Assembly: GCA_002189035.1 (NCBI GenBank)
Contig: NEEC01000025.1
Span: forward strand, 62,001-126,000
DNA length: 64,000 nt
Reading direction: 5' to 3'
Origin: Utricularia gibba
Lineage: Eukaryota > Plantae > Magnoliophyta
Positions 24,231 through 36,237 of the stretch are shown here, piece after piece (within the stretch, counting starts at the first letter, position 1; each line of letters starts with the position of its first letter). The notes under the pieces were generated by a model. That model was not told where the DNA came from, searched no databases, and worked only from the letters and a program-made list of their open reading frames with translations. The translations under genes were made by a program, and so were the position numbers.

Positions 24231-26723
24231 ATGGAAGTTCTCTGTTTCAATGCTCCGATCCCCGGAATGATGACGCAGTCATTGGCGGCTGCCGGAAATG
24301 GGGACCACCGGCTGAGTGAGAAGCCTTCGGTTTCGGCGTTGCAGCAGAGGAGTTTGCCGCTGGGGTTCAGTTTTCGTCAGCCGTTACGATCTTTGTGGCC
24401 GGTGGGAAAAAGCCCCTGTGAACCGGCGATCGCGGTGGATGACACTGTGTCGGTTAATAAAAGAGAGGATTCGGGAGGTCCGGAAGAGGACAAAAGGAAT
24501 GATACTTGGGTTTTAAAGATTTTGCGCGTCAACTCAATCTGGACAGGGGAAGGAAAAACCGGCGATCCGGTTGAAAGACAGGCGGTGGGTTCGGATGAAG
24601 ACGATCGGAATTGTGGATCGGGGAATGGGGCATGCGAGGGATGCGCCGTTGATGACGATGACGAAAAATTTGTTTTTGATCGAGATTCGTTCTCGAAGCT
24701 CCTGAATAAAGTGCCCTTTGACGAAGCTGTATTATACGCTAAAATGGCGTATTTGGGAAATCTGGCTTATTCAATCTCCGATATCAAGGTCTGTATTCGT
24801 TTTCCTTTGATGAAATTTCAGATCTCGCTTGATCATGGTGATGAACTCACGTTTCGTTTTCTTTTGCTCTAACTTTGAATCAGCCCAAGAATCTACAGAA
24901 GTATCATGGACTCCGATTTGTCACTTCGTCTTTCGAGAAGACAGAACAGGTCTTGAAGGCTGAAAAAGAGAAATCACCCCCTGAAGAACCTCAAAAAGAT
25001 GCAAAGGAAGCAGCTGAATCTCTTGATGATTCACACAAACAGATTGCTAACCGGATCAGCGCTTCATTTGCTTACCAAATTGCTGCTTCGGCTGCGTCAT
25101 ATATGCATTCACATACAAAAACCATTCTTCGTTCCAAATCGATGAAGTCGATGCCGAAAGGAGATTTAGCTGGAGGGAGCAATGAAATGAAGGATACTAT
25201 CGATCTGCTTAATCGGGATATGGCGTCGTTAATGGCGACAGATTCAGTCACTGCAGTCGTTGCTGCCAAGGAGGAGGTAAAACAAGCTGTTGCAGATGAT
25301 CTGAACTCAACTCGAACCTCACCTTGTGATTGGTTTATCTGTGATGATTCTCGAGCCGCCACGAGATTCTTTGTGATACAGGTTGAACTCGTGGCAAAAT
25401 AATCGATTTCTGCAATTCCTCACTGTATGATTTTTGTTGTTCCATTTTCATCAAGTTGGATTGATGTTTCCTGTTCAGGGTTCTGAGTCTTTGGCTTCAT
25501 GGCAAGCAAATCTACTCTTTGAGCCTATCAAGTTTGAGGTGCAGAGACGCTCACTTTCCCTTCAATGCCTTCTGTTGTCAGCTTCCTGTGTTCACAATGC
25601 TCATTCCTTTGTTTTCAGTATGTGTTGGTTTAGAAAAACAGAGAGCTGATCACCATTTTTGTTACAGGGACTTGATGTTCTGGTTCATAGAGGTATATAT
25701 GAGGCTGCAAAGGGGATCTACGAGCAGATGCTGCCTGAAGTTGAAGCGCACCTCAAGGCGCATGGGAAGCATGCCAAATTCCGGTTCACCGGCCACTCTC
25801 TTGGTGGAAGTTTATCGCTGGTCATAAATCTCATGCTGCTGATAAGAGGTGTAGTACCGCATTCTTCTCTGCTTCCTGTGATAACCTTTGGCTCCCCATC
25901 GATCATGTGTGGGGGAGATCACCTTCTCCGCAGTCTCGGGTTGCCTCGAGATCACGTCCGGTCGATCGTGATGCACCGGGACATTGTTCCACGGGCTTTC
26001 TCTTGCCACTATCCCAGACATGTTGCAGAGTTTCTCAAGGCTGTGAATGGGAACTTCCGCAGCCTCCCATGTCTCAATAACCAGGTCTTCTTCTTCATCC
26101 TCTCTTGTTGCTCTGTGTCTGTACTCACTTTTGCCTTGAAACTCATTGGAATGTTTGACTGGCAGAAGCTTCTATACGCCCCAATCGGCCAACTCCTGAT
26201 TCTTCAGCCGGATAACAGAGTTTCCCCGAACCACGAGCTCCTCCCTTCAGGCAGAGGCTTGTATCTCTTGAGCTCCGATCATTTGGATGCTCCCAAGGCG
26301 GAGAAGATGGTCCGCGCCGCTGAGTCTGTATTCCTGAACTCTCCCCACCCTCTGGAGATACTCAGCGATCGTTCTGCGTACGGCTCCGGGGGAACCATCC
26401 ACAGAGATCACGATATAAAATCGTACCTGAAGACGGTCCGAAACGAGCTCAAGGGAAGACGAAAATCCAGGAAAGAGCGTCGTGGGAAGCTATGGTGGCC
26501 GGTGGTCACCATCCGTAACGGCATCACGATGGGCAGCAGATCGGCGATGATGGCGGCGAGCATGATGAGCCGCAGCCAGGTGAACTTGTGGATCATCATA
26601 AGAAGCGGCGGGGAGACGTTGAGAAGGTTCGTCGCCTCACAGCGCCTGCATTTGCTTTTGGTGTTCTTCTTCCCTGCCAGAGTGCTCGTTGTTAGTGTGC
26701 AGCAGTTGGTCAACGTCCTCTGA
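24231..26723 (+). CDS. PLIP2: Plastid phospholipase A1, PLIP2/PLIP3-type (lipase class 3), 5 exons
   Basis: LAYSISDIK|[43 protein letters not shown], lipase GHSLGG nucleophile motif, [23 protein letters not shown]2 versus PLIP3 cannot be resolved by eye. Confidence 0.9.
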
Positions 26724-27275
26724 GAAAAAAACCACAGTACAGTGCTCACAGTTCTTGCGCCGGGACACTTGTTCGCCGTGTCGGATGGTTCCTCGTGGAC
26801 ACGGCGATATCATGCCCTATAATTAATTTTATTATAAAACATAAATAAATTTTTTATTTCAAAAATTTAGAATTATTTAAAGAAAAAGAGAAGTAATTTC
26901 TATTTTTTTTAGAAATATTTTTCAAAAATTACATGAAGGAATTCAAAATAAATAACACAAAAAACAGTTGGTAGTTGAGAATTTATTGATGTAGGAGAGG
27001 GTGAATTAGGGTTAAAAAGGACAAAGACGACGAGGATGAACAACGGCCGTTGGATCACTAGTGCGACGTGGGCCATTTTCATGACATTGGGTTTATTATA
27101 TGAGCCTTTTAGTTGGGCCGACCAGCTGTCGTATGACAAAAGATGCAAGCGTGTGAGGGACAGGCTGAAGGAGGAAGGGAGTCGCGGTCGGGAGAAAGAT
27201 CCCGCAGAACGGCATTCCTAGGGAAAGTATTTCAGTTCAGATCGAGCGGAGTCTTACTTAGGATTCCATCGAAAG

Positions 27276-28440
27276 ATGTTTCTGGTAGATTGGTTTTACG
27301 GCGTGTTAGCGTCTCTTGGATTGTGGCAGAAAGAGGCGAAGATCTTGTTCCTCGGCCTCGATAATGCGGGAAAGACCACGCTGTTGCATATGCTCAAGGA
27401 CGAGGTTGATATTCTTTGATTTCTTTTATGGTCAGGTGTGGATCTTGTCGAGTTTATTGGATCGGGGGGTTTTTTTTTTTGGTGCAGAGATTGGTGCAGC
27501 ATCAGCCGACGCAGTACCCGACCTCGGAAGAATTGAGTATCGGAAAGATTAAGTTCAAGGCGTTTGATTTGGGAGGCCATCAAATCGCTCGCAGGGTTTG
27601 GAAGGATTACTACGCTAAGGTTGATTTATTTTGTTTTTATAACTCTGGTTTTCATTTGTGTATTATCTTTCATGCTTTGATCAATGAAAAGCTGCACGTA
27701 TGATCCATTTCTCTTTGTAGTTAGGCTTTTCAGAGATTGTGAATGCCCACTTTTTTCTTCGGACTGAAAATCCAGAGAAATCTTTAGTTCTCACAATGGA
27801 CATGTAAATGTACTAAATTTGGGACGGATATGCATCTATGTTGATATGTAAAAACGCACATGTTTTTAGGATTGAAGGACTTGTGAGTTTTGTGAAGATA
27901 ACCGGCTGCTCATGAAGCATGTGCATCTGTGAACTTCATGGCTGCAATGGCTGTTTACTTCATCTTGTTTTGAACTGACGTACCCCATTATGAATGCAGA
28001 AGTTCTTAGATACAAAATTTGGATTGTAGCCTTGGGGTGGTCATTCACGGTTTTTATTTTCCGCGTTTCGTGTGACTTCTTCTTGTTATTTCTTAACACA
28101 TATGGAATCTCGGATGCAGGTTGATGCTGTAGTTTACCTTGTGGATGCAAATGACAGGGAGCGATTCGCAGAATCAAAGAAGGAATTAGATGCACTACTC
28201 TCCGATGAGGCCCTCAACAGCGTCCCTTTTCTCATCCTAGGAAACAAGATCGATATACCATATGCTGCCTCTGAAGATGAGCTGCGGTTTCACCTTGGCC
28301 TGACCGATGTAACCACCGGGAAGAGGAAGGTGAACCTCACGGATTCTAATGTGCGTCCTATTGAGGTTTTCATGTGCAGTATCGTGCGCAAAATGGGCTA
28401 TGGGGATGGTTTTAAATGGATGTCCCAATACATCAAGTAG
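27276..28440 (+). CDS. SAR1: COPII small GTPase SAR1, 3 exons
   Basis: [65 protein letters not shown]. Confidence 0.98.
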
Positions 28441-28974
28441 TCCTCATCGCACAGATTGGCTCTCAGGTACAATCATCTCTCCGAACAACTAGACAAGAAG
28501 ATAAAGTAGTGAAACAGATCCATTGGTTTTTGGCTCCATAGCTTTTATAAACATGTACCATTCGCCCTTCATTTTGTATCCGGATTGCTTTTTGTGCTAA
28601 ATTTCTCACTTGCAACTTGGCAACTTCATATGATGCGAACCTATTTTCTTTTTTGTGGGTTGGAATCTTTATAGCTATCCGTTTCATTAAGTCGCAGAAC
28701 GGATGGAAGGTATTGAAATCAGGTGCCCACTTTGCCTCTTTTGTTGTTTCAGAAGATGAAGATTGCCAAAGATGAGCTTCTAGTTAGCGTCTCAATGAAG
28801 ATGGAAGGTTAGGATGTTGATACCTCATCTTCTTTAACTAATCTCATTCCCATCTTCTCACCAAGTCGGCAGTACTATTTCTTTGAGCTGGTGAACCAAC
28901 TCTTTCAAACTCCTACTCCCCCTTGATAACTTCCTCCAACCTTCCATCACCCCCTCCCTAGATTCCTCCTTCCG

Positions 28975-29529
28975 ATGGGTAACTCTCACCCCTCCGGCAA
29001 GGTGATCCTCTCCGATGGTGGAGTTTTCACCTACGTCGAGCCTATCACGGCGGCAGAGCTGATGCTGGAGTACCCACATCACATGGTGGTGGAATTGGAT
29101 CGCGAGTTCATCTCCAGGGGGCGACGCCCCACCCCCCTGCCGGCTGATCGGAAACTGAACCCAAAGAAACTGTATCTCATGCTTCCGATCAGGAAAGGGA
29201 AGGCGGCAAAGCCAACTCCGGAAGTAGCTCGGAAGCTGCTCGCCGGGATAAGATCCACGTCGAGATCCCACCTCCTTTCTTCCTTCACCGGCATTGTCCC
29301 CTTTTTGGCCAGGATTCGTCCGGCAGCAGCAGGAGGGGCGACGCCCGGCGTCTTGGAGAGCAAGTGCTCGCCGGAATCCAATGACTCGGACGACGACGCA
29401 GACGTGCAGCCGGAGATCTTGAGCCCGCAGCTTTCAGCGAGAGGGTGGAAGCCCAGTTTAGATACCATCATGGAGACGATGACGGCGACGGGGCTGAAGT
29501 CGACAAGTGACCATTGGATCAGATACTGA
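28975..29529 (+). CDS. DUF4228 (PADRE-domain) protein, single exon
   Basis: MGN start, KVILSDG, PITAAELMLEYPHHMVV, PLPADRKL...LYLMLP, C-terminal WKPSLDTIME. Confidence 0.85.
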   Translation: MGNSHPSGKVILSDGGVFTYVEPITAAELMLEYPHHMVVELDREFISRGRRPTPLPADRKLNPKKLYLMLPIRKGKAAKPTPEVARKLLAGIRSTSRSHLLSSFTGIVPFLARIRPAAAGGATPGVLESKCSPESNDSDDDADVQPEILSPQLSARGWKPSLDTIMETMTATGLKSTSDHWIRY

Positions 29530-29820
29530 ATAAGAATGGACACGTCATCATCCATCCGCTGTGCCGCAACCGCGATTACACGCCACGCGCTCAGAATCCG
29601 TGATGGAGTCTCTCAATCCTGTCCGTACAACGCAGCTGTTGAGATATCTGCTTCAATTTGTTGTCTTATGTCGTGTAAGAATACGAGGGCAAGCGCCCAC
29701 ATCCTGTGCATTTAAAAAAGGCAATACGTATTTTAGTTTTGGCAACAAAAAGGCAAAAAACATAGCCACAAAATAGTTAAGTATGCAGCAGCAGGCTAAG
29801 CAGGGCAAGATTGCTGGTTT

Positions 29821-32800
29821 CTAGTGCTGTTTTAAAAGTAATCTGGCTCTGGATTGCAGTTTGTCCAAGAGGCAGTGATGGGGGCCGGTGAACGCCGTGC
29901 TCATCAACTCTTTGATGATGGATGATGCTTCGGTTTCCCAGCTCTGTGCAGATTTCGCAGCTGCTGCCTTTTTGCCATAGCTGGATTCAAACTCATGTGA
30001 CTTGTCTGCAGCTCTACTGAGTACTGCATTGGGAAGTCCTAGAAATTGTTGGAAAGCTTGAGATGCTTAGCGAAGTAGACAGAGTTGAGATTGAATTCCA
30101 AGAAGATGCTGCAGAGCTGATTTGTTGGTTGTGACTCACCGGCTAGGCGAGCGACATTGATACCGTAGCTTTTGGGGCATGATCCTGGCGTCAATTTGTA
30201 GAGGAAGATTACTTCCTCCTGGCCTGCAGCTCCTGCTCCGACATGGCAAGCCATGTGCCAGAGAGAGACCTGTGTGACTAAGGAATCAGCGGCAACAAAG
30301 CTCAATTCAACACCATTAGCCTGTTTCTTTTATCTTATGTTGCGCATTAAGGTGTACAGAGTCCTTGATTTGTCTCCTAAGAGAGACAGAGAGAGCGTTG
30401 TACCTTGGTGTCCTTCTGGAAGTCATCAGCCAGACGGTGATAATGTGTGGAAAACATTCCTAGACATTGTACATTGACCAAGAGATGCTCGAGAACAGCG
30501 GCGCTGGAGAAGAGACAAGGTGTGAACTTGGGAAGAAAAATTTACTTGACATCAAATGACATGTAAAGCAGTGGTTTCCATCAGCTGTGGAATATCTGGT
30601 TATAAGTCCAATGACAAGTAGCACATACGCAATCGCTTGACCATCTGATGTTGATGTTCCTCGGCCCAGCTCATCCAAAGCAACAAGAGAACGGCAGGTT
30701 GCAGCATTCTACAGTATTGAGAGGACACTGATGAGTATGTGGGAAACTAATGCTTGTTATCAGCTTATTTCATTGAGCTGAAACATATCAACAGTTACCA
30801 GCATTGAAGCAGTTTCCAGGAGCTCTGTGAGGAATGTGCTTTGGTTAGACATGATCTGGTCCTTGGCACCCATCCGGACGAATATGCGATCAACAGGGGA
30901 CAATACAAAACTCTCTGCTGGTACATCTGCTCCTATCTGAAAATAAGGAGAGTTGGTCTGCATCGTATAACAAATGTTTATTTGTTGATTTTAAAAAGTC
31001 CCAGGGCTGACCTGAGCCAGAATCACAGCTAAGCAAACTTGGCGCAGAAGAGTAGACTTCCCACCCATATTGGGACCAGTAAGAAGCATGAAGCTTGCAT
31101 TATCAGAACCACCGAGTGTGACATCATTGGTCACAAAGGCACCTTCTCTCAGATGATCACTTCTCAGAATGGGATGTCCCAAGCTTCTGGCGCAGATGCC
31201 TGGAGCACCACCCGGACCCTGTGGAGATATCACAGGACGACAAGTTTTCCCTTCGTAGTATTCACTGGCGACTGATAAGCTGATCAAGACATCTAGTTCT
31301 GAAATCAAGGTTCAAGTGTTAGGGGCAATATCAACAATGTTATCTCAATTAAATGAAGGAAATCACAATCTAGCAAATAAAATGAACACAGTTCTATATG
31401 AATTCATGACAGGCTTTTCACACTTGCATGGACCTTTTTCTCCAAAGAAAAAGTCAGTACCTGCCACGGTGGCTACCAGTTGTCTCCATTTCCTATGATT
31501 CTCACAGAACTTCTCAACCAATCGTTGCAGAATGCTTTTCAATGTTGAGTCTCTGTCAGACTCAGCGCGAGAAAGCTCTCCAACCAACTCTCGAATTTTT
31601 GGAGTCCAGTACCTAAAGAAACCCTGCATAAAAAGGGAAAAAAAACAATTACAGTTGATAAACATATTTCTTCTCATGAGCAATACACACACGCACACCT
31701 GTAAGTTAATGGGTCAGGCAGAATTCTAAATTACCTTCTTGGATGATCGTAACTCATATTCCTTTGGAACTCGTTGTGATAGGATCTCTGGCACTTCCAA
31801 AAGGTAGGTGTCCTTCCCAACCGTTACAAAGGAAATCTAAGGAACATCCATCTTAAAATAGTTAGAAATTACGTATAAGATCGTAAACCAGAACCACTAG
31901 AAAGTGCATACAGTTGAATCCCCAAGTATCTTCCTCTGTTCTTTCAAATGCTTTCCAAGTTCAGACTCAATATCTCTCAGTTGTTGGGATGCAGCATCTG
32001 CTGCCTCTCGCGGTATTATACGTCCTGAATGATTTGCTTCTTCCCAGTCAAAGGCATCCTTGAAGTGCCTTAGAAGTGAGCTAACATCGGGCATACCCGT
32101 ACCTAGAAGCAAGCTTTTCTTGTAAGCTAACAAACTGTAGAAGATGAGGCTTTGAAAACCTCAGCTCAATTATTTGCAAGATCGGGCATACCAGGTGTTA
32201 ACAGATGATACAACAGTCTAGACTCCATTTTATCTGAATTGGTTACAAATGAAGCACATGCATGGGTTATCAACTCGCACCCACGTAGAACTGCGATGAA
32301 TTCTTGAAGTTGCTTTTTTGCTGCATCCTCATACAGAACAACCTTACCAGCGTTTCTGCCATTTCCATCACTGTGCACAAACAAAAGACCAACAGACTTA
32401 GTAAATGGAAAGTTCTCCTTTCTGTAACTCAGACTTTCAATTCACCTGAAAGCAAAAACACGTGCAAGTAGGCGTTCCATATCAGGGAGCTTGGATAATT
32501 CCTTTCTAAATTCCGGAACATGTAGGTTTACCTTATAAGATGAAGAAGCTAGTTAGCACTTCATTGCAGTATGTACAGGAGCCAATCCAGGGTATAAGTT
32601 GGAATACAAACCAACAAGACGCAAAAAAAAAAAAAAAAAAAAAGAACACAGGAGTATCACAACCTTTAATTCTGCTATAGCATCCTGGCGTTCTTTAATT
32701 GAATTCAGGTGATGCAAGGGTCTGGCAAGCCATTTTCTCAATAACCTTTTACCAAAGGCAGTGGTGCAATGGCTCATTTGAGCATATAAAGTACTGCAGG

Positions 32801-35800
32801 ATGGTATTTTTTAATTTCTCGACAATCATAAACTAATATAAGCGCAATAAGTGGAACAATAAAAGTGGTAAAAGTCCTACCCAGAAGTATCGCCATTTCC
32901 ATTTTCAAATATTTCAAGGTTTTCTAATGCTGATGCATCAAGAATCATATGTGGTTTTTCAGCAATCACTCCAAAACCAGAACATGGGAGCAACTCAAAA
33001 CTTGCAAATTTGAGAAGAGTTTCATCTAATAAAGCCTCTCTGAGATAAAAAAGAGCACCACCGAGAGCTGAGAGTGCTTCCATTCCATCATCACCCAAAC
33101 TCAGAAGTTTGGACAAGGCATCAGGGAGGCACTTGGTCATATCATCAGTCACGTCACTAGACTGATAAAATTTTGTAACTTCAGAGATAGTTTTCTCGGC
33201 ATTCCAAAACTCAGTTAAAGGAACCAACTCGTTTATAAGAGGACTTCTTGTATGCCTAGACAAAGCCTTCTCAGTCTCCGAACAAAGCAGTTTTGCAGGC
33301 TTTATAATCTCTACTGGCCTCATTTCAGACAATAAGGAGCATAATGAACTGCAATCTGCATCATCTTGAAACTGTTTTAACCCATAAAGAAATAGAAAAG
33401 TTGAAAAGTATGAAGTGAAATCAACAATTCAACAGAAGAAACTAAACAAAAATATATGTATATAGAGGGATAAACCATGCATTCAACTTCCAACTTTCTC
33501 TGCCATAGGACTAGTACAGACGAATGAAAGCATCCCAAATATCACGTAAAAAAATGAATTAAGTGACCCCTCACAAAGAAACAAGTAATGATTCACGCTT
33601 CAATGCAGCAATATTAGCTGACTCTTACAGATGACACACATCTAGACCATAAAATGGGGAATTTTAAAAAAGCACTAGCAATATAATTCAAGAAAATATT
33701 TGGAAAAAAGCAGAATATCCATAAGATATAAAGCTTTCCTACGCATTAATTGTGATATCAAACCTGTCCCAGAACAATTTTGCTGGTTGAAGCATCAATT
33801 ACACATACACCAAAAGTGTGACACCCTGACTGGTTTGCTGAAATTTGGCATCTTTCACAAATAGCCATCAGATAAGAAGCATCTGGGTTAGAGGACATAA
33901 ATTCTCCATCTGTTATTGTTCCCTTTGTGATCACAGCACAGACCTCACGTTTGACAACCTGGAAGAACAAAATCATTTTTATTTAGCATAAGGACCAGCA
34001 ATAAAGAAAAAACGAGACAGTAAGAAGATAAAAGTCTGTGATAAAGGACCTTATCTTTAGAACCCTTTTCCCGCCGACGCAGCTCAAGCTGTTCAGGAGT
34101 CTCAGTTTGCTCCACAACAAGAATTCTGTAACCCTGTCATTTCAATAACGTCTTTCAAATATAGGATTCAAAGAGACTTACTGAGAATACAGGACAACAC
34201 TTTCAAAAACAGTTAACAATATAACCTTTCTTGCTAGCTTGTCAACATTCATTGAGAAGTTCTTTTCAGGAAAACCACAATGTGGCTGATCTCCCTGTAA
34301 AAAGTTAAAAAGGACCTCAGATTATAAACTAATAGGGAAGCACCAACTAAGATGCACAAACTAAGTAGAACAAGTATAACTAGCTTCCTTCTCTGCGCTG
34401 TACCTTCATGTACTGCAAACCAAGTTCTTTTGCACCAACGTGTGCATCCATTTCAAAAAGCTCATAAAACTTCCCCATCTGTTCCATAAGAAAGTATTAA
34501 ATGATAATCTTTGATAGAAAATAGCAGGAGCTCACAACTGAGCGACACTGTACAAGAGAACTGAAATTACCTTGAAAAAGAGAATTTTGTCCATATGTTT
34601 AGATTTAAAATCCCACCATTGCCTCTGAAAAAAATCTTCCATAAAATAAACTAAATCTTCAAAAAGAGCTAAACAATGCTAAGAAAAGTCAAGTACCTGA
34701 CCGCCTGTTAATTTTTTCACGAAATCCAGGGGCAAATGAAGGGTTCTTGGGTCATAATTTTCATCCCCCGGGCGCCTTCCCTTGGCATCCTTGCGATCTC
34801 TTCATGAAAAAAATATTTCTTAGAAATAAGAAAATATACAAGCTCTCATAACAAAAACAGCCTGGGAAATGTATTTGACAGCCCAATAATAAAATTTTTG
34901 TTAGTATTCTACACGTCAAAGGAAATAGGGACAGCTTACACATTGAGAAATCGGAACTTTTCTCCAGACGCAATAAACCTCTTAGGGTCATCACCAACAA
35001 TAGGGCTATCCAAAACAGATGTTTTACCATCTACGACGAAAAATGTAATCACATTAAATTCAGTACTAAAGCATTATATACTCACACTATAAAGCAATAT
35101 GGGATAAATCACTTACTTTCACTAGTTTTTTCAGTATTTCGAATTGGCCTTTGTGCTGCTGAAGACATTTCCAAGACGTTATGTTTACTCTGTGGAGAAA
35201 GATTCCTTTTCTTATGTGCTTCTGGTGCCACCAGCTTTCCTTCGGTAACCCTTCGTTTCCTGGATTTCTTTTTAATTGTATCACTGTCGTTTTCACTCGC
35301 AGTTTCCTCCTCAAAATCCATACTGTCAGTAATATCCTCATCTTCAACTTCTTCATTCTCATCATTTTCCGCCCAATCTTCATCATCTGAGTCGTCTTCA
35401 AGTTCTTTAGGATCTTCCTCATCATCTTCCAGCGTAGAAATCTTTACAAGCCTCCGTTTCATGGTTGTCTCCTGAATCCACTCTATCTTTTCCAGGGAAA
35501 GATTCAGCTTTTCCTCTTCCTCATCATCATATTTCACCAAATGCTTCCCCAATATCTCATCATACAACTTAATGTGCCCTCCGTACCAACACTTATCCAG
35601 TGGCCAATAAACCCTGATTTTCCGACCAACTACCTCAGCCCCGTATACCTTACATGAGCTTGGTTTTTCAGCAGAAGAAGATCCCAGATTCGAACCAACA
35701 ACTAAAATGGGTTTATCAAGCTTCGGTTGTAAGGGGGACGGAGTTGCTGTTTTGGGGCTCCCGCTACACATGAGGTTTTTCTCCGCCGTCCCACCTGACG

Positions 35801-35915
35801 GCGAAGGGGAAAGAGACGGCGACGAACCCTCTTTCCTCCCAAAAAATGCCGTAATCTGTCGCTGCTGATTGACTAGCGGCGATCGCCCATTGGTCGATTT
35901 CTTCGACGACGCCAT
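29821..35915 (-). CDS. MSH6: DNA mismatch repair protein MSH6 (MutS-alpha), about 20 exons
   Basis: N-terminal PIP-box QRQITAFF, Tudor/PWWP-like RVYWPLDKCWY, GKFYELFEMDA, Walker A GPNMGGKSTLLR, DELGRGTSTSDG, STHYHRL, CPKSYGINVARLAG; stop TAG at 29823-29821. Confidence 0.97.
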
Positions 35916-36237
35916 CGCGGCGTTGTTCTACAGCGGCATTCGAATGAAACCAACAACGTCTTGCAACTTGCAAGAGGTGTAGAAGTGTCACTGTGGCGAT
36001 TCCCGGGAAACAACAGGGCGGGAATCCACATGTTCATATGCTTCAGAATGCAAATTGGGCTAGCTCATTCCTTAAAATGGGCCACTTGCCGTAAAGGCCC
36101 ATAATTAATGGCCCATGTAAATCTAAATGGGTCAAAATAAGCCCAGTGGCTAGCACTTCACCAGGCGTCTGTCTATAAGCTTGTCTTTTGACTGTTGAGT
36201 TGATGATAGAACATACTGTAGATAGAATGGCGAATCA

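Noticed and set aside
26085-26165. In-frame, stop-free introns (PLIP 81 nt, aminotransferase 8918-8995, one BRWD intron, one D27-like intron) that could be retained
   Set aside because: With well over 100 short introns in the window, a handful that are 3n and stop-free is expected by chance. No evidence of retention.
28315-28332. SAR1 TTGKRK instead of TTGKGK, and similar A/G swaps in purine runs in the aminotransferase and the MSH6 Tudor region
   Set aside because: Single A/G changes in purine runs are indistinguishable from base-calling errors in an assembly that already shows indel errors.
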